IMG/VR virus record: IMGVR_UViG_3300044984_001421
Location: 1-64,000 of that record
DNA length: 64,000 nucleotides
DNA from: a virus
Strand: one strand, 5' to 3'
In this document: positions 19,849 to 29,495 of the stretch, in pieces
How positions within the stretch are numbered: the first letter of the stretch is position 1
How the letters are laid out: each line of letters begins with the position of its first letter
Position numbers and translations under genes: made by a program
The notes under the pieces: generated by a model
Seen by the model: the letters and a program-made list of their open reading frames with translations, nothing else
What the model was told of the DNA's origin: nothing
The model's database searches: none

Positions 19849-20603
19849 GCGACCTTCTCGACCAGCGCAAGGACGTTATCGGCCCATTTCACCTGTTGGA
19901 TCATGGTGCCGTCGCCGTGACGCTTGCCGGTATCCAGGATGCGGCAAAAGCCTTCGGCGGCGACCAGCGGCACCCAATGCTCGCCCTTCTTCGCCTGCAT
20001 GCCGGCTTCTGCCAGCAGCATGTTGAACTTGCGCGCGCTGATACCAATTCGAGCGCCAAGCTCAGTCGGCGTGAAGAACAGTGAGGATTGATTCTCGGCT
20101 TCGATGTGCGTGTGACCAAGCAGCGCCAGGACGTTCTGGCCGGTCAGCTTTTGCACGGCATGGTTGGCGCTGATCGCTGCCACGTTCTTGTCGCAGCCGA
20201 TCAGGCGGGCGATGCCGTACAGAGCGCGGAATTCCTTGCTGGCGCTGATTGCTGTCGGCGCTTCTTTTTTGGATGGCAAGGAATAGCCTCCGGTCTTTCT
20301 GATAGACGGGATAACCGTCTCAGTCACCCAATCCTGGAACGGTTCGGCATTCGGCATGTTGCTGCGCATGATCAGACGGTAAACGTCGGATTCTGGTATC
20401 CATTTTGTAGCCGGATGCAAGTCATTGATTTTATTCAAATCAGGCAAAACGCCTGAATGCTTGCAATGGTTTAGTGCGTCAGAGGTTTGGTTATATCCAA
20501 GCGCATCGGCGATGTTCTTCGCCACAAACACCGGCTCTCCGGCAGAATTTGCCGCCACTAGGATGGAATTACTTTCAAACTGAAACGGAATAATGCTCGA
20601 CAT
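19845..20603 (-). CDS. BRO-N antirepressor-like protein
   Basis: PVFVAKNIADALGY..IPESDVYRLIMRS..AE.FQDWV..VIPSIRKTGGY. Confidence 0.85.
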   Translation of the reverse strand: MSSIIPFQFESNSILVAANSAGEPVFVAKNIADALGYNQTSDALNHCKHSGVLPDLNKINDLHPATKWIPESDVYRLIMRSNMPNAEPFQDWVTETVIPSIRKTGGYSLPSKKEAPTAISASKEFRALYGIARLIGCDKNVAAISANHAVQKLTGQNVLALLGHTHIEAENQSSLFFTPTELGARIGISARKFNMLLAEAGMQAKKGEHWVPLVAAEGFCRILDTGKRHGDGTMIQQVKWADNVLALVEKVA

Positions 20604-20725
20604 GACTGACCTCTTCGCCCGCGATGGAAGATGTCGCGGCACGGAACAGCGGGTCAGATATTCCTATTCGGTGGATCAGCCTAGCCGCGACGCCTTCATG
20701 CTGACGTCACGACCGAAATCAGCAG

Positions 20726-22801
20726 TTATCGGTTATGAGTAGGTTTCGGTATGGCGCTGCCGTTCTTGTCGATAGCCACCTTCACATCGACCTTGAACCC
20801 GGCCATATTTGCCAACTTGTCGACCGCCTTCGAAAACTTCTCTGCATCAGCAGGACTTCCGCCGATGATGCCGATCTGTTGAGTTCCGCCACGTTCAGAT
20901 GCGGGAGCCATGTACTTGATCCTGTGCTTTCCTGCCAAGTCACTGACCGACTGCATGAATTCGCTGTCCACCTTTCTGCTCCCTGGCGGGCGGCTCATTT
21001 CATCGATATACCCAGACGCGAATGGCTCGCTTCCCGGATCACCCATTTGCGACTTCAAAGCTCCTTCGCTTCGGTAATTTTTATTTAACATCCACTGCTT
21101 GCCGCCAAAGTCGCCCCATTGTTTGAACCTGGATGACTGGCCGCGAGAATCGTTCAGATCCTTCAATTCCTTGGCAACAACTGAAGGTGCTTTCTTGCCG
21201 ATCCACTCATTGATCGCTGCCGTCAGATCACCCAGAACCTCGTTCATCTTGGTCATGACCGGCAGCATGTTGTCGCCGAGAAGTTTCTGCGCCGCGTTGT
21301 TCAGGTTGGCTGACGCGACGCGCAGATCCGTGCCGGCGTCTCCCCGCTTCAAATCCCCCATCAACGCCTCGACCTTCTTCGCAGCCTCGGCATTACCCAT
21401 GGATGGATTTTTTTCGAGCAGATCGATGACCTTCGCCGCCATCGTGGCGCTGCCGCCAAACAAGCCCTTGGTTGCGGAAGCCATGGCGTTTTTACCCATG
21501 CCGCCGTACTGCGATTTCAGTTGCTTGATCAACTCCGGGCCGATCATCTTGCCGTTGCCCATCTTGCCGGCAAAGCCGCCTTCAAGCGCCATTTCGATGT
21601 CGAACGGGTCGTCCGTGCCGTTTCTCGACATGACGTTGTAGATGAAGTTCTTGCCGGAGTCTCCCGCGCGCCCACCAGCCCGCACAGATTCGTCGTAGCC
21701 GCCAAGGATGCCGGCCGCATTGGCGCGGATGCCCTTGTCGCTGCTGTTGAACAGCGCCAGCAGCCGGCCGGTATAGCCAGCAACATTGCCGCCGTCGCCG
21801 ATCATGCTTGCGCTTCTCTCGGCAAAGCGAATCATCGCCTCGGCCGCATCAGACTGACGCGCGCCAAGGTTGCTGCCGGCCATGGCTTCGGCCAGCATCT
21901 GCGCCTGCTTCTTCGGATCGCCGCCACCCAAGCCAAGGAACGACATGCGCCCCATCATCGACGCGCCTTGACTCGGGTCCAGACCGAACTGACGAGACAG
22001 CGCGATTCCGGCGCGCGTGCCGGACGCGATGCCGCCGCTGCCTGACACGCCGGATAGCTGCGCGAACGACTTCGACAGCGCCAGCGTCTCGTTGTATGTG
22101 ACACCCAGCCCATCGCCAGCCGCGCGGATGTTTTCGCGGAAGTCTCCGAATTCCTCGTTGATGCCGTAGACGCTGCGGCGAAGGTCGGACATGCCGAACG
22201 CTTCCTGCATTGACTGTTCGGCGTATTTGCTGGCAGCAGCCTGTAGCTTGCCGCCGATGGCCGCGCCTATCATGGCACCGATCGGACCACCAGCCAGACC
22301 ACCCATCGCGCCTCCCGCGATGCCGCCGATGTTGCCGCTCATCAAGCCACCCAGCGCTGCACCCATGCCTGGACCACCGTACCAGCCAGGACCGCCAGGA
22401 CCGTGACCACTACCACCACCTCCGACACCGCCGCTCATCGCAGCGATGTTTCCGGCTTGCGATAACACCGAGTCGATGTGCCGTTGCTGCGCGTGTTGAT
22501 CCGGGAATTGACGTCCTACGTTCTGGTGCCATGAAATGGCGTCGCTGTACAGGCCAGCCTGCCGGCCAGAACGCAGCGCAGCGGCGGCGTTGCCGCGCAC
22601 GGCGGTCGAGTACATCTGCTGCATGCCGGCGTTGATGTCGCGGACGTGCTGCTTGGCTGCGTCAAGCCCAGGCAGCATGTCCAGGTCCGACATCTTTTTG
22701 ACTTCAAGCCCGAGGCGGCGAGCCTCGTCCATGATTTGCTTGAACGCGTTGACAGCCTGGTTCGGCTGCGCGTTGATACCGATTGAAACGTTCTGGCTCA
22801 T
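20726..22801 (-). CDS. Tape measure protein
   Basis: Long Gly/Ala-rich helical protein directly after the tail chaperones. Confidence 0.7.
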   Translation of the reverse strand: MSQNVSIGINAQPNQAVNAFKQIMDEARRLGLEVKKMSDLDMLPGLDAAKQHVRDINAGMQQMYSTAVRGNAAAALRSGRQAGLYSDAISWHQNVGRQFPDQHAQQRHIDSVLSQAGNIAAMSGGVGGGGSGHGPGGPGWYGGPGMGAALGGLMSGNIGGIAGGAMGGLAGGPIGAMIGAAIGGKLQAAASKYAEQSMQEAFGMSDLRRSVYGINEEFGDFRENIRAAGDGLGVTYNETLALSKSFAQLSGVSGSGGIASGTRAGIALSRQFGLDPSQGASMMGRMSFLGLGGGDPKKQAQMLAEAMAGSNLGARQSDAAEAMIRFAERSASMIGDGGNVAGYTGRLLALFNSSDKGIRANAAGILGGYDESVRAGGRAGDSGKNFIYNVMSRNGTDDPFDIEMALEGGFAGKMGNGKMIGPELIKQLKSQYGGMGKNAMASATKGLFGGSATMAAKVIDLLEKNPSMGNAEAAKKVEALMGDLKRGDAGTDLRVASANLNNAAQKLLGDNMLPVMTKMNEVLGDLTAAINEWIGKKAPSVVAKELKDLNDSRGQSSRFKQWGDFGGKQWMLNKNYRSEGALKSQMGDPGSEPFASGYIDEMSRPPGSRKVDSEFMQSVSDLAGKHRIKYMAPASERGGTQQIGIIGGSPADAEKFSKAVDKLANMAGFKVDVKVAIDKNGSAIPKPTHNR

Positions 22802-23074
22802 TTACACTTCCTCCCAATCGCCATCGTCGCCGTTCATGAACCGTTCGAAATCTTCGTCAAAATCAGGATTCTCGAAGTCGTCTTCAAGCTTGCCGGCCCG
22901 GTGCAGATCGTCATAGTGCTGCGACCAATACTCGGTGAGGATTTCACCGATGGTCAGGTCAAGGTAGCGCGGATCATTGGCCGGCAGGTTGAACTGGCGG
23001 CGATACCACAGCGGTATGGTTCCCGCCTGCTCCCGCCCCGCTACCTTCGACAGACGCTCCACTTCCAGATCGAA
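22802..23074 (-). CDS. Tail assembly chaperone extension (probably frameshift-accessed)
   Basis: WYRRQFNLPANDPRYLDLT; overlaps the chaperone in the +1 frame. Confidence 0.55.
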   Translation of the reverse strand, partial: FDLEVERLSKVAGREQAGTIPLWYRRQFNLPANDPRYLDLTIGEILTEYWSQHYDDLHRAGKLEDDFENPDFDEDFERFMNGDDGDWEEV

Positions 23075-23369
23075 ATCGGGCCTCTGCGGCACGTAGCGCG
23101 CCGTAGACCTCCAGGATTTTGCGGTAGGTGTCGTTGTCGTCGGGCTCCATCTCGTCCAGGTTCCAGCCGGCCGGCGCTTCAGCGGTCAAGGTCTTCAGCG
23201 TCGAGAACGCGGTGGCGAACATATCCAGCCATTGCGACGGGGTGGCGACGCCTTCGGTCAGCCGCGAATACTCCGCGCCGATCTTGAACTCGTCGCGCAT
23301 GACGCGTCGGCGGAAAGTGAAAGTGCCGACATTCGGCACCTCGATGGTGTGTTGGCGCTCGTTGCTCAT
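22974..23369 (-). CDS. Tail assembly chaperone
   Basis: GTFTFRRR...AP.GW motif; upstream of the tape measure gene. Confidence 0.65.
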   Translation of the reverse strand: MSNERQHTIEVPNVGTFTFRRRVMRDEFKIGAEYSRLTEGVATPSQWLDMFATAFSTLKTLTAEAPAGWNLDEMEPDDNDTYRKILEVYGALRAAEARFRSGSGASVEGSGAGAGGNHTAVVSPPVQPAGQ

Positions 23370-23836
23370 GTTTTCCTCAGTAGTAGTTGTGCTTCGGCCT
23401 CTCGCCTGACTACAAGCCCGGCCAGCACCTTGCCGCCCGCCTTGTTCCATCGCCGTATCTCGAAAGCAGCAGCAGTCCAGTCACGCTGATTGACGCGACG
23501 CCGAAGGGTTGATATTTGAAGTTGACCAGCGCCAAGGTTGTAAGCGAAGTCGATCAGCGCGGCGAACTTGAATGGCTGATCGTGAACGACAGGACACAGG
23601 CGAAGCACCGACTGCGCGCAGGATTCCAGTTCATGCATCAGCATGGAATCGGCCTGCGCCTTGGTGATCGGCGTGTCGTTCATCTGCACGCGACGACCGT
23701 CGTTGTAGCGAGTGCTGCCAACCCCAATAGTCGGCACGCCGGCCGGGCAACGATAGGGGTAAATCAACCCATCGCGCCCGAGGCGAGCCAAGCCCTCGAA
23801 CTTGACGGCAAGCAGGACAGCGGCGTCAGGAACCAT
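23366..23836 (-). CDS. Endolysin, GH24 lysozyme
   Basis: FEG...Y.CPAGVPTIG.G.T; FAYNLG; W..AGG..L.GLV.RR..E. Confidence 0.92.
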   Translation of the reverse strand: MVPDAAVLLAVKFEGLARLGRDGLIYPYRCPAGVPTIGVGSTRYNDGRRVQMNDTPITKAQADSMLMHELESCAQSVLRLCPVVHDQPFKFAALIDFAYNLGAGQLQISTLRRRVNQRDWTAAAFEIRRWNKAGGKVLAGLVVRREAEAQLLLRKT

Positions 23837-23845
23837 CGCCGCCCA

Positions 23846-24325
23846 TCACTTAGAGCCTTTTTCGAGAACTCTACCGAGGAACCAAAAATTCAGGATTGCA
23901 GACGCAATTGCCTTCTCTTCTGGCCCGAATGTATTCGCCAGCGCAATCAACGGCGGCGTGCCGGAACTTACGGCCAGGCTGAATGCGGCAATCATGGCAG
24001 CCGGATAGAGAACCACCACCCATTGCAGGGTGATGATCGGCCGCATGATGGTGGACAACGCATCAGCCCACTTGACACCAGACTTCTCAGACTGACCCTT
24101 GATCGACTCGACCAATGCACCCATTGCCCCAGTGTTCCAGGCAGAATCTGCGGCCGCGCCAATCTCAGCCATCTTCTGTGCGCCGCGCGTCTTCTCGAAT
24201 TCAAGCGCCTTGTCCTGCATCGCCAGTTCGTGCTTGCGCTCGTTCTTGGCATCAAGCATCTTGAAGACTTCCGGAGCGAGCCGGAAGACACCGCCGAGCA
24301 AACCTCCCAGTAGCGTTTCCAGCAT
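23846..24325 (-). CDS. Putative holin (3TM-holin-like)
   Basis: RPIIT and FWFLGR motifs, TM segments, adjacent to the lysozyme. Confidence 0.6.
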   Translation of the reverse strand: MLETLLGGLLGGVFRLAPEVFKMLDAKNERKHELAMQDKALEFEKTRGAQKMAEIGAAADSAWNTGAMGALVESIKGQSEKSGVKWADALSTIMRPIITLQWVVVLYPAAMIAAFSLAVSSGTPPLIALANTFGPEEKAIASAILNFWFLGRVLEKGSK

Positions 24326-24327
24326 GA

Positions 24328-24753
24328 TCAGAACCCGGTGCCCTGGACGTCGCGCGCCTTGAACTGCGCGGTGCCGGATACGATCTGGTGCTTCTGCACG
24401 TCGATGTCGCCGGAGTCGAAGACGCAGCCGATGTACTTGCGCAGCACCGAACCGTCGTCCTTGTCCTGGATCAGAATGTCGAACTCGACGCCTTTCAGCG
24501 CTGCGTCGCCGTTTTCCGGGATCAGGCCGGCACCTTGCAGACTGGCGTTCTTGAACTTCAACTGAGTCAGCGACAGGGTATGGTTCGCTACGGTCGGGAC
24601 GAATTCCTGGACATGGATATCACCAATGCCACTGGCTCCTTCCATGCCGTATCCGTCAGACGAGCGGCAGGATTGCGCCATGCCGACTGTGGTGCCGTCG
24701 AGTTTGACGATAACGCGGTTGCCGGTGCGGGCATTTGCGCGGGTAGTTGCCAT
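24328..24753 (-). CDS. Tail tube protein
   Basis: TGNR..VG.AQS..YG..GIG..QE.VP; follows the sheath. Confidence 0.8.
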   Translation of the reverse strand: MATTRANARTGNRVIVKLDGTTVGMAQSCRSSDGYGMEGASGIGDIHVQEFVPTVANHTLSLTQLKFKNASLQGAGLIPENGDAALKGVEFDILIQDKDDGSVLRKYIGCVFDSGDIDVQKHQIVSGTAQFKARDVQGTGF

Positions 24754-24812
24754 GATGCGGTCTCCTTGGGTATCAGGGTCTTTTCGATACCGTCAAGAAT
24801 TGCGTCACGACT

Positions 24813-24844
24813 AAAGCAAAACGGGCCGCGTTGTGCGGCCCGTT
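24813..24844 (-). terminator. Terminator after sheath
   Basis: AACGGGCCGC/GCGGCCCGTT hairpin with a T-rich tail on the minus strand. Confidence 0.6.
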
Positions 24845-24865
24845 GGTTGCTGCGAATTGCGCTGG

Positions 24866-26578
24866 TTACACAGAGACAGACCCCGAGTAGGGCACGGCGT
24901 GCAGCACGCAGAGGATGTAGTTCAGCGGAATCACCGGGCTGCACTCGAACTCAATCCGCATCACATCGCCATCCAGCGAAACCTGGATGTTTTTGTAGGC
25001 CGGATTGATTTCGTCGCCCGCCAGTACGCCCGGTCCCATCGGTTCCGGTCGCGCCAGTTCGCGCAAGGTCGATTCGACGCGAGCGCCTGCTTCCGCCAGG
25101 ATTGCCGGCGTTCCCTTGGAGCCACGCAGATCGTCTACCGCGTTGCGGACATTGCGCGCAGTGAAGTCGACCGCGAAGCCGGTGGAGACTTCGACCCGGT
25201 TGTAGTTGTCGTTGATGCGCCAGGTGCTGATCGACTTCACCACCTTGTAGCCGCGCGCCGTTTCTTCGATACACAGCACGCCGGACAGGATCAGGTCGTC
25301 GGTATCGGTCGGGTTACGCAGTTTGGTTTCCATGCCGCGTACCTTCAGCGCCTTGTTCGTCAACGATGTGCCAGGATTGCTGCCTGCGAACGCCGCCGCG
25401 ACCATCGCAGCAGTCATGTAGCTGGGATACAGCGTCAGCGCGCCGACATTGTCGTAGTCGTAGAAGCCGGGGTAGCACTGGCTGGTGCGATCGCTGTTCA
25501 GCGCCTTGGCTGCCGCCTTGGCTTCGGCGATTGTCTGGCCTGCAGCGCCACCGACAAGGCAACGACGTTCCATGCGGGCAACGTTGGACATGAACGTGCA
25601 ATGCGTGTCGGCCTGGGCATGAATACTGACATCCGATGTCAGCGGCACTACCCATTGCACATCTTCCGATTGCAACGTGGTGAAAGCGGCTGCCCATTCG
25701 GTCGATGTCGTGGTGCCATTGGAACCGCCAGCCAGGTAGGTCCAGGCGACGTTATCCGGCACGACGCCGACGCTGGCCTGTCTGGTGGCGGTGACGTAGC
25801 CCTCGCCGTAGCCGTTGAACCAGTCAACAATCGCTTGCAGGTTAGCGGTGGCGGTGACGGTGGCGGTCTTGACGTCGACGTTGCTGGCGTAATCAAGACC
25901 GTTCAAAACCACTTTTTCATCATTGCCATCGAGCACCACAGCGGTGAAGCTGGACACCGAATTGATGCGGTCAACCAGTTTGCGCACGCTGTTGTAGGTG
26001 GCGAGGTCGATCGTGGCAACGACTGTTGAGTTCGGCGCTTCCAGCGTCAACGTGGTGCCGGTGATGCTCATGCGGGAGGTCGCTTGTGCGCCGGTGTAAT
26101 GCACCGAGAAGGCGTCGCGGTAAACGTCATCCTGGCTGTAGTAGTCGTTGCCGACTTGCGTACTCAGACGCTTGCCCTTGTTGGTGGCAGTCTCGACCTT
26201 GGCCTTTATCTCGTTGGTCCACAGTCCGTAATCGGTGGATTGCAGGTTGATGATGTTGGTGGCGCTGGCCTTCAGCATCAGCGCAGCCTGCACGGCAGGG
26301 TTAGCGCGAACAGCCATGACCGTACTCGGCGCGAAGGTCTGCGGAGACGGGTCAAAGGCGCGCTCAACCGCATCCAACAGAGGACCGCTGCGCAGCATGG
26401 CGCGAGCTTCGCTGGGCGATCCAAACTTGAGCGGCGTGTTCGGTGCGCCACCTTCTGAAGTTCCAACCAGGGCAAGGACATTCGCCACAGTCAGGTTTTT
26501 GTTGCGCATGGCGGAATCATCCACCAGCGAGGAAGTTGCGGGAGAAACCAGCAGTCGTCCGTTGAAAAATACGCTCAT
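24866..26578 (-). CDS. Tail sheath protein (Twort/K-like)
   Basis: G.SEGG.P..A..LRSG.LLDA.E.A..P; L.S.DYG..N.I; 570 aa. Confidence 0.88.
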   Translation of the reverse strand: MSVFFNGRLLVSPATSSLVDDSAMRNKNLTVANVLALVGTSEGGAPNTPLKFGSPSEARAMLRSGPLLDAVERAFDPSPQTFAPSTVMAVRANPAVQAALMLKASATNIINLQSTDYGLWTNEIKAKVETATNKGKRLSTQVGNDYYSQDDVYRDAFSVHYTGAQATSRMSITGTTLTLEAPNSTVVATIDLATYNSVRKLVDRINSVSSFTAVVLDGNDEKVVLNGLDYASNVDVKTATVTATANLQAIVDWFNGYGEGYVTATRQASVGVVPDNVAWTYLAGGSNGTTTSTEWAAAFTTLQSEDVQWVVPLTSDVSIHAQADTHCTFMSNVARMERRCLVGGAAGQTIAEAKAAAKALNSDRTSQCYPGFYDYDNVGALTLYPSYMTAAMVAAAFAGSNPGTSLTNKALKVRGMETKLRNPTDTDDLILSGVLCIEETARGYKVVKSISTWRINDNYNRVEVSTGFAVDFTARNVRNAVDDLRGSKGTPAILAEAGARVESTLRELARPEPMGPGVLAGDEINPAYKNIQVSLDGDVMRIEFECSPVIPLNYILCVLHAVPYSGSVSV

Positions 26579-26591
26579 TTCATGCTCCCGA

Positions 26592-26816
26592 TCAGTTTAC
26601 AGGGCGGTCAGCGTACTCGGCGAAGGCGCGGAGGAAGCCCACGTCAACGTCCTTGTTATGCCCGCGTTTTTTTGCATCGGCGAAAAAACCGCCGATCAGT
26701 TCCACGCGCTTGTCGGTCTTCGACAGGCGTGCGCAGAACTCGTCCAACGTCAGTGATTCCGCCGCGATTTCATCGACGGGGTTCTTGACGTCGGCTTTTC
26801 CTTCCGATTTGCTCAT
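26592..26816 (-). CDS. Small hypothetical protein
   Basis: AAGGAG RBS; within the late operon. Confidence 0.55.
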   Translation of the reverse strand: MSKSEGKADVKNPVDEIAAESLTLDEFCARLSKTDKRVELIGGFFADAKKRGHNKDVDVGFLRAFAEYADRPVN

Positions 26817-26828
26817 TGCTTTATCTCC

Positions 26829-27671
26829 TTACGGATTGATTGCTGTGGCGACGACCGGGATATCCGAAATCGTCAAGTAATCGCTGTTGCCAACGACGTT
26901 TGAGGTTGTCACGCACGAAAACTGCGAGGACGTCATGTACACAGGCGCGCTATAGCTCTCGTAATCATTCGAGTCAGCAGACGGGGAGAAGGTCACTTCA
27001 TACATTCCGTTGGCATTGAAAAGCGGGATGTTTGCGACCACGATGCGCTCAATCTCCCGGCGCAGCGTGATGCGCTCATCCGGATTCAATGCCCACCCGA
27101 CAATGTGCAGCGATACCCTGCTGATCCAGCCGTCCTCGTCGCCTTGATCAAAAGAAATCGCGTCGCCCTGCCCTATCTGCGCGCCAACACTGTTTGCATC
27201 AGGCGCACCCCCGGCGAACTCGACCGTCACAACAGGCCACGCAACATCAGACGCAAGAGGCGGCGAATTCAATACCTGAATTTTCCCGCGTGAGTGCGTC
27301 ATCCGTCCGCGCGCAATCGAATCCTGCAGTCCGTAGTCGAGACGGTCGCGCATGACAGAAAGCGGGTCCGGGAAATCAATCGTGTAAGTGGACGCTGGGA
27401 CCACGCTCGTCGCCGTCTCCGTCGTCCAGGACGTTCCATCAAAGAAGAACGGCTGGTAGAAGTAGGTCGTTCCATTGACCAGCGCAGAGTCATCCAGAAC
27501 CACTAGCTCGGTTCCGGAATGGATGACAGACGCGGTCGGGTCATTGTGCGCGACGATGTCGTTTGTTTTTTTGCGCAGCAGCACCCAATTCACCGCGCCA
27601 GACGGCGGGCGCAGGAAAAGCCGAACGGCATTCCCGATAGGAAGTGGGTCAGTGAACCAGATTGAAGGCAT
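26829..27671 (-). CDS. Putative tail terminator/completion protein
   Basis: Position upstream of the sheath; FN3-like N-terminus. Confidence 0.5.
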   Translation of the reverse strand: MPSIWFTDPLPIGNAVRLFLRPPSGAVNWVLLRKKTNDIVAHNDPTASVIHSGTELVVLDDSALVNGTTYFYQPFFFDGTSWTTETATSVVPASTYTIDFPDPLSVMRDRLDYGLQDSIARGRMTHSRGKIQVLNSPPLASDVAWPVVTVEFAGGAPDANSVGAQIGQGDAISFDQGDEDGWISRVSLHIVGWALNPDERITLRREIERIVVANIPLFNANGMYEVTFSPSADSNDYESYSAPVYMTSSQFSCVTTSNVVGNSDYLTISDIPVVATAINP

Positions 27672-27696
27672 GACAGAATCATGCCGTCACGACCAG

Positions 27697-28476
27697 CTAA
27701 GGCAATACAACCATCTGAGCGAAGTTCTGCATGAACTTCTGCTCCACTCCGCTCGCCAGGTCTCGCGCGATGTTCAACCCAGGTGTGGCGCGCACTATCC
27801 ACTTCCCAGTCTGATCCTCTCGCATGACGCGGAAGGTCAGATAGGCGGACGACTTCGACTTACCTGTTGACGTGTTGAAACGAACCATGCCGGCATGAAT
27901 GTCTGTCGTGTGGTGAGGCTTCAGCTTTTGAGTCAGGCCAGCCGGCAATCTACCGCCCCACTTGTAGACACTCTGCGGCACGGTCGCGCCGGTAGCGGAC
28001 AATCGTGTCTTCTTTCCGATAACAGAAGACTGAACGAGCTTCTTTGCCTGATCGTAAACATGCTTCGGCATAGCCAGCGCCAGCGCGCCATGGCCGGGCG
28101 TATTGTGACGAAACGGGATGATCAGGTACTTCTTGCCGGCCTTGGTCTGCCGCGTGCGCTGCGATGTCTGCAGCATGACCTTCAAGTCCCGCTCAGGGAA
28201 GCCAGACTCTATGCCAGAAACAGTTTTGTCTTCACTCGATACAAGCGCCGATGTGTTTCCGGTCATCCGCCACTTAATCGAGTCGATTGCTGCCTTCTTC
28301 CCATCCTCACGCACGCCAGGCGCGTGATATATGGCGAGTTGCCATGCCGTCGCAGTTTCTGCCGCCGTCTTTTCGACTGCATTCGAAACCGACTGCATCA
28401 CGTCCTGAAGCATGACATCAGCCAGAGCACCAAGGTGCGTCAGGTCAATGTCGACTTTGAATGTGGCTTGCATCAC
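27697..28476 (-). CDS. Putative neck/tail completion protein
   Basis: YLIIPFRH..Y.TFR..W motif typical of neck proteins in this module type. Confidence 0.55.
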   Translation of the reverse strand: MMQATFKVDIDLTHLGALADVMLQDVMQSVSNAVEKTAAETATAWQLAIYHAPGVREDGKKAAIDSIKWRMTGNTSALVSSEDKTVSGIESGFPERDLKVMLQTSQRTRQTKAGKKYLIIPFRHNTPGHGALALAMPKHVYDQAKKLVQSSVIGKKTRLSATGATVPQSVYKWGGRLPAGLTQKLKPHHTTDIHAGMVRFNTSTGKSKSSAYLTFRVMREDQTGKWIVRATPGLNIARDLASGVEQKFMQNFAQMVVLP

Positions 28477-29099
28477 CGACCGAACAGGTCAAATCGCCTG
28501 ACGACAACCCGCCTGGGTAACGGCAATCCACCATGGTGAGCACGCTCTGTCGGGAGTTCCTGAAAGACGAAATAGTCCGGATTCCAACGACCAGTCACCG
28601 TGTATTTTGTTCCCGCTGCCGGCTGCGGATCGACACCCCAGTCAATCTGTGAATTAACGATTGCACGCGCCGTTGAGTCCACAATCGTCGCGCCACTGAT
28701 CCAAAAAACGCGATCAATTGAGTCTGGCGTGAACTGGATGTCATCCAGAACGCCTCTCTCCAAGATTACGCTGAATGGCTGGGTTGCTTCAATCAGCCGA
28801 ACAATGTCGAATTGGCCCATCGCATACAGCGGAGAGTCAGACGGCAGCGTCAACAACAGGTCGCCCGCCTCAAATATGCCAAAGGCGGCATATTGACGCT
28901 TTGAATGCATGCTCGATACGCCGACACGTCCAGCGACTGAAGTCTGCCAAATGCGGCCTTTGCCGGCACAGTGTGGGCATGTCGTGCTGGCAGCGCCGGA
29001 ATGGGGAGAAACGCACGGACAAGCATCTGACTTGCTCCATAGCGTGTCCTGCCCGATTCCAGCCAGAAATCCATTGAAGGCAATCGGTGATAACTTCAA
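28473..29099 (-). CDS. Putative head closure protein with Zn motif
   Basis: CPC...CPHC.GKG; neck-region synteny. Confidence 0.55.
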   Translation of the reverse strand: MKLSPIAFNGFLAGIGQDTLWSKSDACPCVSPHSGAASTTCPHCAGKGRIWQTSVAGRVGVSSMHSKRQYAAFGIFEAGDLLLTLPSDSPLYAMGQFDIVRLIEATQPFSVILERGVLDDIQFTPDSIDRVFWISGATIVDSTARAIVNSQIDWGVDPQPAAGTKYTVTGRWNPDYFVFQELPTERAHHGGLPLPRRVVVRRFDLFGR

Positions 29100-29240
29100 C
29101 TTGCGACCCCCAATGGGCGAGCATCTTCCATGTCGAAACGCTTGGTCAACGTCTCGACTGGTTCTGCAATCCCATTCCCAAGGTAACGATAGACGATTCC
29201 GTCACGGACAAATAGGTCGCCTGGGGAAAGTACCAGCCGG

Positions 29241-29495
29241 TTATCTTGATCCATTTCTTGCCCTTGCATCAACACGCTTCTGCCAGTCTTGTAGGCAATC
29301 CGGGAAGGCATCGCAACTCTTCATCTGCTGTCCGTGATGACTGAACTCGCATGCCTGACAAAACACTTGCAATGGTTCGCGCCGTAGCTTTTGCGCTTCG
29401 AGTGCTTGTTTAAGGTCAAGCGCCTCCCTGAACTGGGCCTGGTCGCACTCGTCCATGACATCGCGGAATGTCCCGTTGTCTTGGTCTTCAATCAT
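29241..29495 (-). CDS. TraR/DksA-like Zn-finger protein
   Basis: MDECDQAQ (DxxDxA) plus CQAC...C....DC. Confidence 0.45.
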   Translation of the reverse strand: MIEDQDNGTFRDVMDECDQAQFREALDLKQALEAQKLRREPLQVFCQACEFSHHGQQMKSCDAFPDCLQDWQKRVDARARNGSR

